A DNA stretch of 63,823 bases, filler included, from an uncultured bacterium (GCA_964372275.1; 3 parts of 3 records of this genome joined end to end with filler, not necessarily neighbours in it); one strand, 5' to 3'. Shown: positions 32,388 through 41,995, counted from the whole stretch's first letter. A program made the numbers and translations. The notes: generated by a model from the sequence alone, not told the origin.

Positions 32388-32885
32388 ATGAAGACGCTAC
32401 TGGGAATCGTCGCCGCGATGGGTGTGGCCGGTATCGCCTACGCGGGCGATCACGCGGGCAAGGCGGCCGACTCTGGGAAGACCGCCGCGATGGGATCGTT
32501 CTCGATCTCGACCGCGACGTGGACGCCGTTCGGCGATCCGGCCAAGGGTCCGTGGACCGCGGTCATCTCCGGCGACCCGAAGATGGGCGCGTTCACCACC
32601 TACCTGAAGGTCAAGGCCGGCACCGACTCCGGCTGGCACACGCACAACTCCGACTACACCGGCGTCGTCCTCGAAGGGAACATCACCCACATGGACCAGG
32701 GCGCCAAGGAGATGAACCTGACCGCCGGCAACGCCTGGAACTCGAAGGGCGGCACGAACCACCTGAACAAGTGTCTGGGGAAGAAGGACTGCGTCATCTT
32801 CATCTCCAGCGCCGGGGCGATGAGCTACAACCCGATGACCGCCGATGGCAAGCCGGTGCCGATGCCGGCCGCGAAGACGAACTGA
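32388..32885 (+). CDS. Secreted cupin-fold (DUF4437-like) protein, paralogue 2
   Basis: 'SGWHTHNSDYTGVVLEG', 'GTNHLNKCLGKKDCVIF', 'NPMTADGKP...AAKTN'; clearly homologous to 27542..28054. Confidence 0.8.
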   Translation: MKTLLGIVAAMGVAGIAYAGDHAGKAADSGKTAAMGSFSISTATWTPFGDPAKGPWTAVISGDPKMGAFTTYLKVKAGTDSGWHTHNSDYTGVVLEGNITHMDQGAKEMNLTAGNAWNSKGGTNHLNKCLGKKDCVIFISSAGAMSYNPMTADGKPVPMPAAKTN

Positions 32886-32899
32886 TCGTCATCTTCGAC

Positions 32900-32942
32900 A
32901 CGGCGCCGATCCCACATCCGGGATCGGCGCCGTTTTCTTTTT
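32900..32942 (+). terminator. Rho-independent terminator
   Basis: acggcgccgatccc-acatcc-gggatcggcgccgt followed by tttcttttt. Confidence 0.85.
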
Positions 32943-32977
32943 GCCGACGCGCGATCCGCCCTGCGTCCGAGAATGAT

Positions 32978-32991
32978 TGACCGTTCGGTCA
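32978..32991. promoter_or_regulatory. Palindromic operator candidate TGACCG-TT-CGGTCA (TetR-type)
   Basis: 6-bp perfect inverted repeat with a 2-nt spacer, ~130 nt upstream of ATG 33120, overlapping a TTGACC -35-like hexamer. Confidence 0.55.
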
Positions 32992-33119
32992 GCATCGCCT
33001 GCGGCGAATCGGCCGCGCCGACTCCCCGCAACGCGCGATTTTTCCGTGGGCAGCCGGGATCGGAACGTAGTGGAATCCGCCTCCTTCGGGATCGCTTCGA
33101 GGGAGGCTGTAGGAGGCCC

Positions 33120-34727
33120 ATGACATTCCATCCGTTCACGCGAGCGCTCGCCGCGCCGGCGTTCGTCCTGTTCTCGCTCTGTGAGCCGGCGTTCGCCGGT
33201 GAATCGACCCCCACTGACGGCGATGCGCCGCCGCCACCGGCGGCCCCCATCGAGACGGGGACCGAGCCGCTTCCGACGGCCGGCGCGCCGGCCGCTCGCA
33301 CGCGCGCGTCGTCGCTCGTGCCCTCCATCGACTATCGGGTGCGTGGCGTGGCGGTCTCCGCCTTCCCCCTCGACGCCGACGGAAACACGCTCGGCCAGGA
33401 GACCTACGGCGAGCATCGCCTTCGCCTCCAAGGAAAGGCGGCCGGCGGTCCCATCTCCCTCACCGCCGAGGCCGACATCACCAACGGGCTGGTCGCCGGC
33501 GATCGGTCGAGCGCCTTCCCCTACGTCCAGTACCGCCGCGACCGGTTCCGCGGACTCGCCGATCCCGACGGCTTTACGCTCCGCCAGATCTGGATGGAGG
33601 CGCGGACGAAGGTCGGCCTGGTGCGCGCCGGTCAGATGACGAGCAAGTGGGGCCTGGGTCTCGTCGCCCACGACGGCGCCGGCGATCCGATGTGGGGAGA
33701 CCGCTACTTCGGGGATCTGGTGGAGCGGGCCGTCTTCGCCACCCGGCCCCTTTCGCGCACGGCCCCGGCGCTCGCGCCCTTCCTGGTGGCGCTCGGCGGC
33801 GACGTGGTGCTGCGCGATCAGTCGGCCGACCTGGTCGCCGGCGACCGCGCCTACCAGGGGATCCTCTCGCTGGTCTGGAACCGGGACGGCTCGCCGAACC
33901 GCGCCGGCTTCTACGGCGTGCGGCGCTCGCAGGTCGACCGCGACGGCTTCGACCTGGCGGTGTGGGTGGTCGACGCGCACGCCAAATGGCAGCGCACGGT
34001 CGGGCCGGTCGACCTCGGATTCGAGGGGGAGCTGGCGCGCATCTGGGGCGAGACGGACGCGGTGCGCGACATCTACGTCGGCAGCCGCGACATCGACCAG
34101 ATGGGCGGCGCGGTGGAGCTGTCGCTGGGCGCCGGGAGCGGCGTGCGGCGCTTCGATCTGCTGCTGCAGGGCGGCTACGCCTCCGGCGACGACCTCGGAC
34201 AGGACGGGCGGATCACCGCCTTCAAGTTCGACCCCGAATACAACGTCGGCTTCATCCTCTTCGACGAGGTGCTCGCCTGGCAGACGGCGGCGACGGCGAG
34301 GGCCGTCTCCGACCCCGACACCTTCGGTCGGCCGGCGGCGGGGGCGCGGTTCCTGCCGACGGAGGGGTCGGTCACCAACGCGCGCTACGTGATGCCGACG
34401 GTGCAGATCCACCCCTTCAAGCGGGTGTCGGCACGGGTCGGCGTCCTGATCGCGCAGGCCGACCGCGCGCTCGACGACGCCTTCCAGACCAACGCCCTCC
34501 ACGGCGGCGTGCGCCACACCACCCTCGGCTCGACGACCGACTCCCGGGACCTGGGGATCGAGGTCGACTACGGCGTGCGCTACGCCTGGGACGGCGCGCG
34601 GGCGCCGCGGACCACCGTCGACCTCCAGTTCGGGCGGTTCTATCCCGGCGACGCCTTCGTCGACGCCGACGGCAACAAGTTCGATCCCGTCGACCGCCTG
34701 GTCGCCGGACTCACCCTCTCCTGGTAA
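33120..34727 (+). CDS. Outer-membrane beta-barrel protein (alginate-export/porin-like)
   Basis: RBS aggagg; signal peptide; 'VRAGQMTSKWGLGLVAHDG', 'GGYASGD', 'FDPEYNVGFILF', 'LGIEVDYG'; C-terminal aromatic 'LTLSW'. Confidence 0.75.
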   Translation: MTFHPFTRALAAPAFVLFSLCEPAFAGESTPTDGDAPPPPAAPIETGTEPLPTAGAPAARTRASSLVPSIDYRVRGVAVSAFPLDADGNTLGQETYGEHRLRLQGKAAGGPISLTAEADITNGLVAGDRSSAFPYVQYRRDRFRGLADPDGFTLRQIWMEARTKVGLVRAGQMTSKWGLGLVAHDGAGDPMWGDRYFGDLVERAVFATRPLSRTAPALAPFLVALGGDVVLRDQSADLVAGDRAYQGILSLVWNRDGSPNRAGFYGVRRSQVDRDGFDLAVWVVDAHAKWQRTVGPVDLGFEGELARIWGETDAVRDIYVGSRDIDQMGGAVELSLGAGSGVRRFDLLLQGGYASGDDLGQDGRITAFKFDPEYNVGFILFDEVLAWQTAATARAVSDPDTFGRPAAGARFLPTEGSVTNARYVMPTVQIHPFKRVSARVGVLIAQADRALDDAFQTNALHGGVRHTTLGSTTDSRDLGIEVDYGVRYAWDGARAPRTTVDLQFGRFYPGDAFVDADGNKFDPVDRLVAGLTLSW

Positions 34728-34740
34728 CGGAGCATCCGCG

Positions 34741-37700
34741 ATGAAGACGACCCGTTCGTTCGCCGCCCTCTGCGTCCTGGGCACGTTCGCCGGCTGCGTG
34801 AAGTACGGAGACGAGGCGGTGGGGCTCTACCCCGCCTCCGGAGGCTCCGGCCCCGAAGTGAAATGGGACGTGGCGGCGCGACCGCTCCCGGAGATCCCCT
34901 TCCCCAACGACGCGGCGACCTTTCCCGATCCCGACAGTCCGACCGGGCGGCGGGTGAACGCCTCGATGGTCGGCACCACCAAGCTCGAGACCGACGCGCG
35001 CAAGAAGATCGACCGCCTCGACGGCTTCGGCATCTTCGCGCCGATCTACGTCTCGTTCGACGAGCCGCTCGACTTGGGCGTGATCCGCGATGCGCAGCAG
35101 GGGAACGACGACTTCGCCGACGACGTCGTCTACCTGGTCAACCTCGAGAAGGGGTCGCCCCGATACGGGCAGCCGGCGATCCTCGACGTCGGGAACGGGA
35201 ACTTCCCCGTCGTCCTGAACGAGACCGAGTTCTTCGAGAACGACGAGCGCGCCGGCGAGTCGAACATCATGTTCGAGACGGTCGACGAGGTGGCGCTCGG
35301 CGAGGACACCAACAACGACGGCGTCCTCTCCGTCCCGAACGTCCTCGAGCCGGGGGACGACACCGAACGCGAGGTCATGACCTTCTACGAGCGGGCGACC
35401 AACACGCTCATCGTCCGGCCGCTCCTCCCGCTGGACGAGAAGGCGACCTACGCCGTGATCCTCACCAAGCGCCTGCGCGGGGAGGATGGGCAGGCGGTGC
35501 GCTCGCCGTTCGACTGGATCAACGACGTCCGACAGACGCCGGCGCTCGAACCGCTGGTCGAGGACGGACTCCTCGAGGGGCTCGGGCTCACCCTCGAGGA
35601 CGTGGCGTTCACCTGGTCGTTCACCACACAGTCGGTGACCGGCGACATGGTGGCGATCCGCCAGGGGATGGAGGGGTACGGCCCGTTCTCCAGCCTCGGC
35701 GGCCGTTATCCGGCGGTGCTGAGCTCGGTCGACTTCCTCAAGGACTCGCCGTCGAACCAGGGCTCGATGCACGTCCTCGACGGCGCGCTGCTGCGCAATC
35801 TGCTGCGCGACCACGGCGATCTGCTCGGCGCCAGCGGCTCGCGCCTCGACGCGATGCTGCTCAACTACCGGTTCGTCGACTACTTCGTCGCCGGGACGTT
35901 CACCACGCCGAGCTTCATCACCGACGACGGGACGTTCCACGTCAACCCGAAGACCGGACGGTACGAAGCCCGGCCGGCGACCGTCACCTGGGTGATGGTG
36001 GTGCCGAAGAAGACGGCGAAGTTCCGGCCGCCCTTCCCGCTGCAGGTGCACATCCACGGCTACACCTCCAGCCGCCTCGAGCTGATCGCCTGGGCCGGGA
36101 GCTACTGCCGCTTCGGATCGGCGGTGGTGGCGATCGACGCGTGGGGGCACGGCGGCGGTCTGATCCCCGAGGACCAGGTCGCGCCGATCGAATACCTGCT
36201 GTCGCAATACGGGATCCGGAACTCGTCGTCGATCTTCACCAAGGGGCGGGCGCGCGACCTGAACCGCGACGGATTCCCCGACAACGGCGGCGACTACTGG
36301 ACCGCCGACATGTTCCACACCCGCGACGTGGTGCGGCAGACGGCGGTCGACGCCTCGCAGCTGGTGCGGATCTTCCGCACCTTCGACGGCGTCCGCCGCT
36401 GGCAGTTCGACTTGAACGGCGACGGCGAGCGGGAGCTGGCCGGCGACTTCAACGCCGACGGGGTCGTCGACGCCGGCGGACCGTTCAGCCGCTACCGCCT
36501 GAGCGGCGGGAGTCTCGGCGGAATCCTGACCGGGGTGATCGCCGCCACCGAGCCGTACATCACCGACGCGGTCACCGTCGCCGGCGCGGCCGGTCTCCCC
36601 GACGTCGGCATCCGATCGACCCAAGGGGGCGTCAACGAGGCGGTGCTGCTGCGCATCCTCGGTCCGCTGCTGCTGGTTCGTCCGCAGGGCGGCACGCCGA
36701 CCTTGGCGTGGCAGGTCCCCGACGTGAACGAGGACGTCGTCGTCCCGTTCGCCGAGCTTCCGGAGGGGGCCCAGCCCGGGGACCGGGTCGACGTGCGCAA
36801 CCTGACCAACGGCGAGACCCGATGGGCGATCCTCTCCGACGGCATGACCATGCGCACCGGGATCCCGGCCGACGCCGGCGACCGGATCGAGGTGGTGGTG
36901 CGCGAGGGGTCCGACGCCGACGCGCCGGTCCGCGCACGCGTCACGCGCATCGACCGGGCGATGAGCTACCAGGGCCGCACCTGGGACGAGGGGTCGCGGC
37001 TGGTCTCGCTGACCGAGGGGTACGGGATGAAGCGGCAGACGCCGGAGCTGCGGCGCTTCTTCAACATCGCCGGCTTCGTCACCGAGCCCGGCGATCCGAT
37101 CGCCTACGCGCGGCACTTCTTCCTCGAGCCGCTTCCGATCCTGGCCGAGGGGCCGCGCGCGAAGAACGTGATGATCATCCCCACCATCGGGGACTCGGCG
37201 GTTCCGATCGCCACCGGCCTGGAGATGGCGCGGGCCGCCGGCCTCCTGCCGGTGACCGCGTCGGAGGCGCGCGATCCGGACTTCTCCTACGGCCGTCCGG
37301 CGCCGTGGGATCCGGCGCTCGGGTACCAGGCCTGGGCCACGACCCGGAAGAGCTGGGACGAATGGCGGACCGCGGCCGGGATCGACTGGGGACCGGCGCA
37401 GATCGACCTGGCCCCCGACCCGAACCGGGTGATGGTGGAGAACTTCGTCGCCGAAGGGATGGCGCGTCTACGCCGCTTCGAGCACGACGCGCGCTTCGCC
37501 GATCCGAGCGAGACGCTCTTCGACGTCGACGACTTCGGGAACGGCGCCGACGGATGGAACCAGCCTCGGGCTTCGGAACCGCTGCGGGTGACGCGGCGGA
37601 CGTCGGCCGGGATCTCCGCGCTCCGGATCCCGTTCATGAAGCCGGAGGGGCAGCACGGCTTCGGCCTCTACGAACCCGACGAACCGTTCGACATGCCGAC

Positions 37701-37863
37701 CTTCATGCACGCGCTGCTTGGCCACTACATGTCGACCGACGGGCGGGAGGTGATCGAGGACGTCTGCCTGGAGGACATGAGCTGCGAGTTCATCCAGCAG
37801 CCCGACGTCGTCCCCGAGCCGGTCTTCGTCCCCTGGACGCCCCCCGCGGCGCAGGCGCCGTAG
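34741..37863 (+). CDS. Large lipoprotein with an alpha/beta-hydrolase (lipase-like) domain
   Basis: Lipobox 'FAGC'; 'PFPND', 'LDGFG' N-domain; 'HIHGYTS'; nucleophile elbow 'GGSLGG'; 'GQHGF' His. Confidence 0.75.
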   Translation: MKTTRSFAALCVLGTFAGCVKYGDEAVGLYPASGGSGPEVKWDVAARPLPEIPFPNDAATFPDPDSPTGRRVNASMVGTTKLETDARKKIDRLDGFGIFAPIYVSFDEPLDLGVIRDAQQGNDDFADDVVYLVNLEKGSPRYGQPAILDVGNGNFPVVLNETEFFENDERAGESNIMFETVDEVALGEDTNNDGVLSVPNVLEPGDDTEREVMTFYERATNTLIVRPLLPLDEKATYAVILTKRLRGEDGQAVRSPFDWINDVRQTPALEPLVEDGLLEGLGLTLEDVAFTWSFTTQSVTGDMVAIRQGMEGYGPFSSLGGRYPAVLSSVDFLKDSPSNQGSMHVLDGALLRNLLRDHGDLLGASGSRLDAMLLNYRFVDYFVAGTFTTPSFITDDGTFHVNPKTGRYEARPATVTWVMVVPKKTAKFRPPFPLQVHIHGYTSSRLELIAWAGSYCRFGSAVVAIDAWGHGGGLIPEDQVAPIEYLLSQYGIRNSSSIFTKGRARDLNRDGFPDNGGDYWTADMFHTRDVVRQTAVDASQLVRIFRTFDGVRRWQFDLNGDGERELAGDFNADGVVDAGGPFSRYRLSGGSLGGILTGVIAATEPYITDAVTVAGAAGLPDVGIRSTQGGVNEAVLLRILGPLLLVRPQGGTPTLAWQVPDVNEDVVVPFAELPEGAQPGDRVDVRNLTNGETRWAILSDGMTMRTGIPADAGDRIEVVVREGSDADAPVRARVTRIDRAMSYQGRTWDEGSRLVSLTEGYGMKRQTPELRRFFNIAGFVTEPGDPIAYARHFFLEPLPILAEGPRAKNVMIIPTIGDSAVPIATGLEMARAAGLLPVTASEARDPDFSYGRPAPWDPALGYQAWATTRKSWDEWRTAAGIDWGPAQIDLAPDPNRVMVENFVAEGMARLRRFEHDARFADPSETLFDVDDFGNGADGWNQPRASEPLRVTRRTSAGISALRIPFMKPEGQHGFGLYEPDEPFDMPTFMHALLGHYMSTDGREVIEDVCLEDMSCEFIQQPDVVPEPVFVPWTPPAAQAP

Positions 37864-37875
37864 GCGGACCCGCTG

Positions 37876-37905
37876 CCAGCGGGGACGACGGGTCGTCCCC
37901 GCTGG
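37876..37905. terminator. Perfect hairpin between convergent genes (bidirectional terminator candidate)
   Basis: ccagcggggacgac-gg-gtcgtccccgctgg. Confidence 0.6.
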
Positions 37906-37906
37906 G

Positions 37907-38908
37907 TCAGAAACCGAATTCGAGGCGCTTCGGGAAGAGTCCGAAGACGCCGCCGGTGTGCAGGAAGCAGATGGAGGAGCCGCGGCGGAAGGTCTTGCCG
38001 TTCTTCAGCTCCTGGTAGAGGCCGAGCATCGCCTTCCCGGAGTAGACCGGGTCGAGCACGATCCCTTCGAGCTCGGCCACCCGGCGGAGGAAGTCGAGCT
38101 CCTCCTGCGTCGACTGGGCGTACCCGACCCCCTTGTACTGGTCGAGGATGCGAAGCCGCGGATCGCCCATCTCCGGCGCCCCCGGGAAGTTACGAACGAA
38201 TTCGTTGACGATCGCCAGCACCGCGTCCTTGAAGTAGCTCTCGTCGTCGCACACCGCGAAGGCGACCGGGAACAGGCCGGCCTCGTGGACCCGGTTCCCG
38301 ATCGTCAGTCCCGCCGTCGTCCCGCCGCTGCCGCAGGCGTGCGCGACGTAGTCGATCCGCACCCGCTGCTCTTGCGCCTGGGTCTTGAGCTCCGCCACCG
38401 CCGCCACGTAGCCGAGCGCCCCTCGCGCGTCCGAGGCCCCCTCGGGGATGACGTAGGCCGGAAGGCCGTCGGAGGCGTACCGTTCGGCGAGCTTGGCCAT
38501 CGTCTCCTGGCGCGCGTTGCGGTACTGATCGGGATTGACCCAGGTGATCTCCGCCCCCACCAGCACGTCGAGCAGCGTGTTGCCGTCGATCTCCGCCGGC
38601 TTGCGCCCGTCGGTGGTGCGTAGCAGCAGATGGGGGACCAGCCCGAGCTGGCGGGCCGCGATCGCCGTCGCGCGGCAGTGGTTGCTCTGCACGCCGCCGC
38701 AGGTGATTACCGCCTTGGCACCGCCTTCGATCGCCTTGGCGAAGTGGTACTCGAGCTTTCGGACCTTGTTCCCGGTGAGCGGCCCGCCGGTCTGGTCGTC
38801 GCGCTTGATCCACAGGTCGGCCCCCCACTCCCGCGAGAGGCGCTCGAGTCGATAGAACGGAGTCGGGAGCTGGGCCAGCGGGACGCGGGGCGGAAGCGTG
38901 AAGGCCAT
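37907..38908 (-). CDS. D-cysteine desulfhydrase / ACC-deaminase family PLP enzyme
   Basis: 'LWIKRDD', 'GNKVRKLEY', 'GGVQSNH', 'GSGGT', 'LDPVYSGK', 'HTGG'. Confidence 0.93.
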   Translation of the reverse strand: MAFTLPPRVPLAQLPTPFYRLERLSREWGADLWIKRDDQTGGPLTGNKVRKLEYHFAKAIEGGAKAVITCGGVQSNHCRATAIAARQLGLVPHLLLRTTDGRKPAEIDGNTLLDVLVGAEITWVNPDQYRNARQETMAKLAERYASDGLPAYVIPEGASDARGALGYVAAVAELKTQAQEQRVRIDYVAHACGSGGTTAGLTIGNRVHEAGLFPVAFAVCDDESYFKDAVLAIVNEFVRNFPGAPEMGDPRLRILDQYKGVGYAQSTQEELDFLRRVAELEGIVLDPVYSGKAMLGLYQELKNGKTFRRGSSICFLHTGGVFGLFPKRLEFGF

Positions 38909-39087
38909 CGCGGTCCTTAGGATGCCACGACCCGGCGCCTGGTTTGCGCGCAATCCATGCGTGCCCGCCCGGTCACGGACGAGCGGTCGCTCGCCGCAGG
39001 CGCTCTCTCCCGGCCGCATTTGGCCGGGGCCGTGGCACGGCAGTAGCATCGTCTCTCGGCGCCAGAGCCCTTCACCCGCGAGGTGAC

Positions 39088-39759
39088 ATGTTCCCCGACG
39101 GTTTCCTGCACTTCATGATCCACGACGCGTCGATCTTCGTGTACATGATCTTCGCGGCCTCGATCTTCGGCGTGACGCTGATCGGGCTGCGCGCCCACGA
39201 CCTCTGGGTGAAGTACCGCCTCGACTTCGACGGGGTGACGAGCCAGGTGGCCGGCATGGTGGAGACCGGCGCCTACAACCAGGCCCTGCAGCTCTGCAAC
39301 GGTGGCCGCCATCCGATGACCGAGATCATGAAGGCGGCGTTGACCCGCGCCAACCGCCCCGAGCGGGAGATCCGGCGCGGCGTCGAGCGGGTGGCGCTGG
39401 AGGAGATGTCGACCTTCAAGGGCTCCACCCACCTCCTGCCGCACGTCTCCAACATCGCCACCCTCCTGGGACTGCTGGGGACGATCAAGGGGCTCATCAC
39501 ATCCTTCTCGGGACTGTCGTCCGGTGACGCCGCGGCGCGGACCGAGATGCTCTCCCGCGGCGTGTCGGAGGCGTTCACCGCCACCTTCTTCGGCATCCTG
39601 GTGGCGACCCTCACCATCACCGCCTACCTGGTGATCCACGCCAAGCAGGGGAAGATGAGCGGAAAGATCGAGCACGGGGTCGCGACCGTCGTCGACGTCC
39701 TCCTCTCCCGCCAGGCGGAGATCCGCGCCGCCGAGGGCGCTTCGCGGGCGGCGAACTAG
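39088..39759 (+). CDS. MotA/TolQ/ExbB proton-channel family protein
   Basis: 'NIATLLGLLGTIKGLITSF', 'LSRGVSEAFTATFFGILVA'. Confidence 0.92.
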   Translation: MFPDGFLHFMIHDASIFVYMIFAASIFGVTLIGLRAHDLWVKYRLDFDGVTSQVAGMVETGAYNQALQLCNGGRHPMTEIMKAALTRANRPEREIRRGVERVALEEMSTFKGSTHLLPHVSNIATLLGLLGTIKGLITSFSGLSSGDAAARTEMLSRGVSEAFTATFFGILVATLTITAYLVIHAKQGKMSGKIEHGVATVVDVLLSRQAEIRAAEGASRAAN

Positions 39760-39763
39760 CGCC

Positions 39764-40327
39764 ATGGCCGGCGGAGGCGTCCCGGGCGAAGGGGGAGACG
39801 ATCAACCGATCGATCTCAACCTCACCGCGTTGATGGACATCCTCTCCAACCTGCTCTTCTTCCTGCTCGCCTCGTTCGGCGCGGCGGTGATCTCGGTCGT
39901 CTCCGCGTCGGTGCCGGTCGCCTCCAGCGAGGAGAGCGACGTGGCGAAGAGCGACGACGCGATCACCATGACCGTGGCGATCGACGGCCACGGTTACCGC
40001 CTCTCCGCCGGCAGCGAGTCGCTCCCCCCCGAGGCGTTGGAGCCGCTGAAGGCGAAGATCCCGCGGACGGCGAGCCGCCCGGCGGACGCGCTCCCGGGAA
40101 GCCCGAACGAGCTCGACTTCGCGATGCTCAACCAGGCGTTGCTCCGGGTGAAGAGCGCCTATCCGAAGTCGGAGACGGTGATCCTCGTCCCCGACCCGGC
40201 GATCCTCTACGACGAGGTGGTGCAGACGATGGACGCCTGCCGCGAGCGGGTGGAGAAGGACGCGCGCGGGCGGATCTCCAAGAGGCTCCTCTTCGGAAAA
40301 GTGGTCGTCTCCACCACGGTGCAATAG
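39764..40327 (+). CDS. ExbD/TolR family protein 1
   Basis: 'LNLTALMDILSNLLFFLL' TM with the conserved Asp; 'YDEVVQTMDACR'. Confidence 0.9.
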   Translation: MAGGGVPGEGGDDQPIDLNLTALMDILSNLLFFLLASFGAAVISVVSASVPVASSEESDVAKSDDAITMTVAIDGHGYRLSAGSESLPPEALEPLKAKIPRTASRPADALPGSPNELDFAMLNQALLRVKSAYPKSETVILVPDPAILYDEVVQTMDACRERVEKDARGRISKRLLFGKVVVSTTVQ

Positions 40328-40843
40328 ATGGCATTCGGAACGAGCTCGTTCGGAACGTCGCGCGGAGCCTTCGGTGGGACCGGGTCGGAAGAGGCCGCCC
40401 CCATCTCGCTCAACCTGACCGCGTTGATGGACATCCTCTCCAACCTGCTCTTCTTCCTGCTCGCCTCGTACGCCGTCTCCAACACCGAGATCAAGGGGGC
40501 GGAGGCGATGCAGCTCCCCGTCTCGACCTCCGAGCAGGGCGCGACGATGTCGATCCTGGTGCGCGTCACGCTCGAGTCGATCGAGGTCGAGGGGAAACCG
40601 GTGGCGCGGCTGAAGGCGGGACGCCCGGTCGCGGCGATCGAGGGCGACAAGATCGTCCCCCTGTTCCAGGAGCTCGAACGCGTCGCCCGGAAGGGGAAGA
40701 AGGGGGTGGCGATGACCGAGGAGAACACCGTCCTCCTGGTCCTCGCCGACCGCCGCGCCGACTTCGGCCTGGTCTCGCAGGTGCTCAAGACCGCCGCCAC
40801 CGCCGGCTTCCCCAACTTCCGGTTCGCGGTGATCAAGAGGTAG
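40328..40843 (+). CDS. ExbD/TolR family protein 2
   Basis: Same TM motif; 'LADRRADFGLVSQVLKTAATAGFPNFRFAV'. Confidence 0.9.
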   Translation: MAFGTSSFGTSRGAFGGTGSEEAAPISLNLTALMDILSNLLFFLLASYAVSNTEIKGAEAMQLPVSTSEQGATMSILVRVTLESIEVEGKPVARLKAGRPVAAIEGDKIVPLFQELERVARKGKKGVAMTEENTVLLVLADRRADFGLVSQVLKTAATAGFPNFRFAVIKR

Positions 40844-40858
40844 CGCCCGAAGGACCCT

Positions 40859-41389
40859 CTACTTGCGGACGCGGATGCCGATGCGGACCCACCAGTCGGG
40901 GGCGGGCGGCGCGGGGTATCCCTCCCGAGGGACCTGACTGCGGACGCATTCGGTGCCGCCGTTCTCGGGCTCGACCAGCGAGTTGACCAGCGAACCGTTC
41001 GACGCGACCTGGACGAGCAGGTCGAAGACGCCGCGCTCGCGGATCTCGTCCGACTGCTGGCAACGCGAGACCATGTCGGGGCGCTGCTGATAGAGGTACT
41101 TCGAAAAGGCGAACTTGTAGTCCTTGCCGCGGGGGTCGTTCTCGTTGGCGAAGGCGGTGGTGCGCGCCTTCTCGAGGAGGAGACAGCGCTCGGCGCAGTC
41201 GGCCTCGATCTGCTCCATCTCCATCGCCACCATCTTGTTCCGCTCGACGCACTTCTCGACGCACATCTTGTCCGGCTCGCCCGCGGCGCCCGCCGCCGCG
41301 GAACCGGCCGCGTCCGCCGCCTTCTTCTTTCCGCCGCACCCGGAGACCGCCGCCAGCCCCATGAGCAGAAGGATCTTCGTCGTCCGCAT
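40859..41389 (-). CDS. Cys-rich lipoprotein with a possible TonB-C/AgmX-like C-terminal domain
   Basis: 'MRTTKILLLMGLAAVSGC' lipobox; CxxxC pairs; C-terminus 'FDLLVQVASNGSLVNSLV...TECVRSQV...YPAPP'. Confidence 0.65.
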   Translation of the reverse strand: MRTTKILLLMGLAAVSGCGGKKKAADAAGSAAAGAAGEPDKMCVEKCVERNKMVAMEMEQIEADCAERCLLLEKARTTAFANENDPRGKDYKFAFSKYLYQQRPDMVSRCQQSDEIRERGVFDLLVQVASNGSLVNSLVEPENGGTECVRSQVPREGYPAPPAPDWWVRIGIRVRK

Positions 41390-41431
41390 GCAACCAGGAT
41401 CGCCGGAAACGGATTCCAATACAATCCGCCC

Positions 41432-41995
41432 ATGCCGTTCGATCCGGCCGATCTCCCTCCCGCGTCGCTGGCGTCGCTCCTCGCCGACGGAAGCTTCGTC
41501 CGCATCGAGGACGGGCGCGATGGACGCCACCGGGACACCACGTCGGCGGCGCTGATCGACGCCCCGCCGGAGAAGGTCCGCGCGGTGGTCACCGACTTCG
41601 ATCGCTACGCCGACTGGGTTCCGCAGGTGACCCGGTCGGAGGTGATCGGCCGGCGGGGACCGTCGACCGACGTCGCGTTCACCCTCTCCTTCCGCTTCTC
41701 GGTCTTCTCGAAGAGCCTCTCCTATTCGTTGCGCTACCGCGAGACCGATACCCAAGTCGCCTGGGACCGCCTCTCGAACGAGTTCACCGAGAACCGGGGC
41801 ACGATCCGCTGGATCGGGCTCGACCGGGGCAAGCGGACGGCCGCGTTCTACCGGTTCTACTTCGACCTCGCGGGGCTCGGCCCGGTGGTCAAGCTGGCGC
41901 TCAAGAGCTCGCCGCAGTTGGAGGTTGCCATCTCGGCCTCAACCGCAGTACTCATGGCCCGCGCGCTGAAATCGCGGGTCGAGGGCCTGCCGTAG
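41432..41995 (+). CDS. SRPBCC / START (polyketide-cyclase-like) protein
   Basis: 'IDAPPEKVRAVVTDFDRYADWVPQVTRSEV'; C-terminal helix 'ALKSRVE'. Confidence 0.85.
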   Translation: MPFDPADLPPASLASLLADGSFVRIEDGRDGRHRDTTSAALIDAPPEKVRAVVTDFDRYADWVPQVTRSEVIGRRGPSTDVAFTLSFRFSVFSKSLSYSLRYRETDTQVAWDRLSNEFTENRGTIRWIGLDRGKRTAAFYRFYFDLAGLGPVVKLALKSSPQLEVAISASTAVLMARALKSRVEGLP

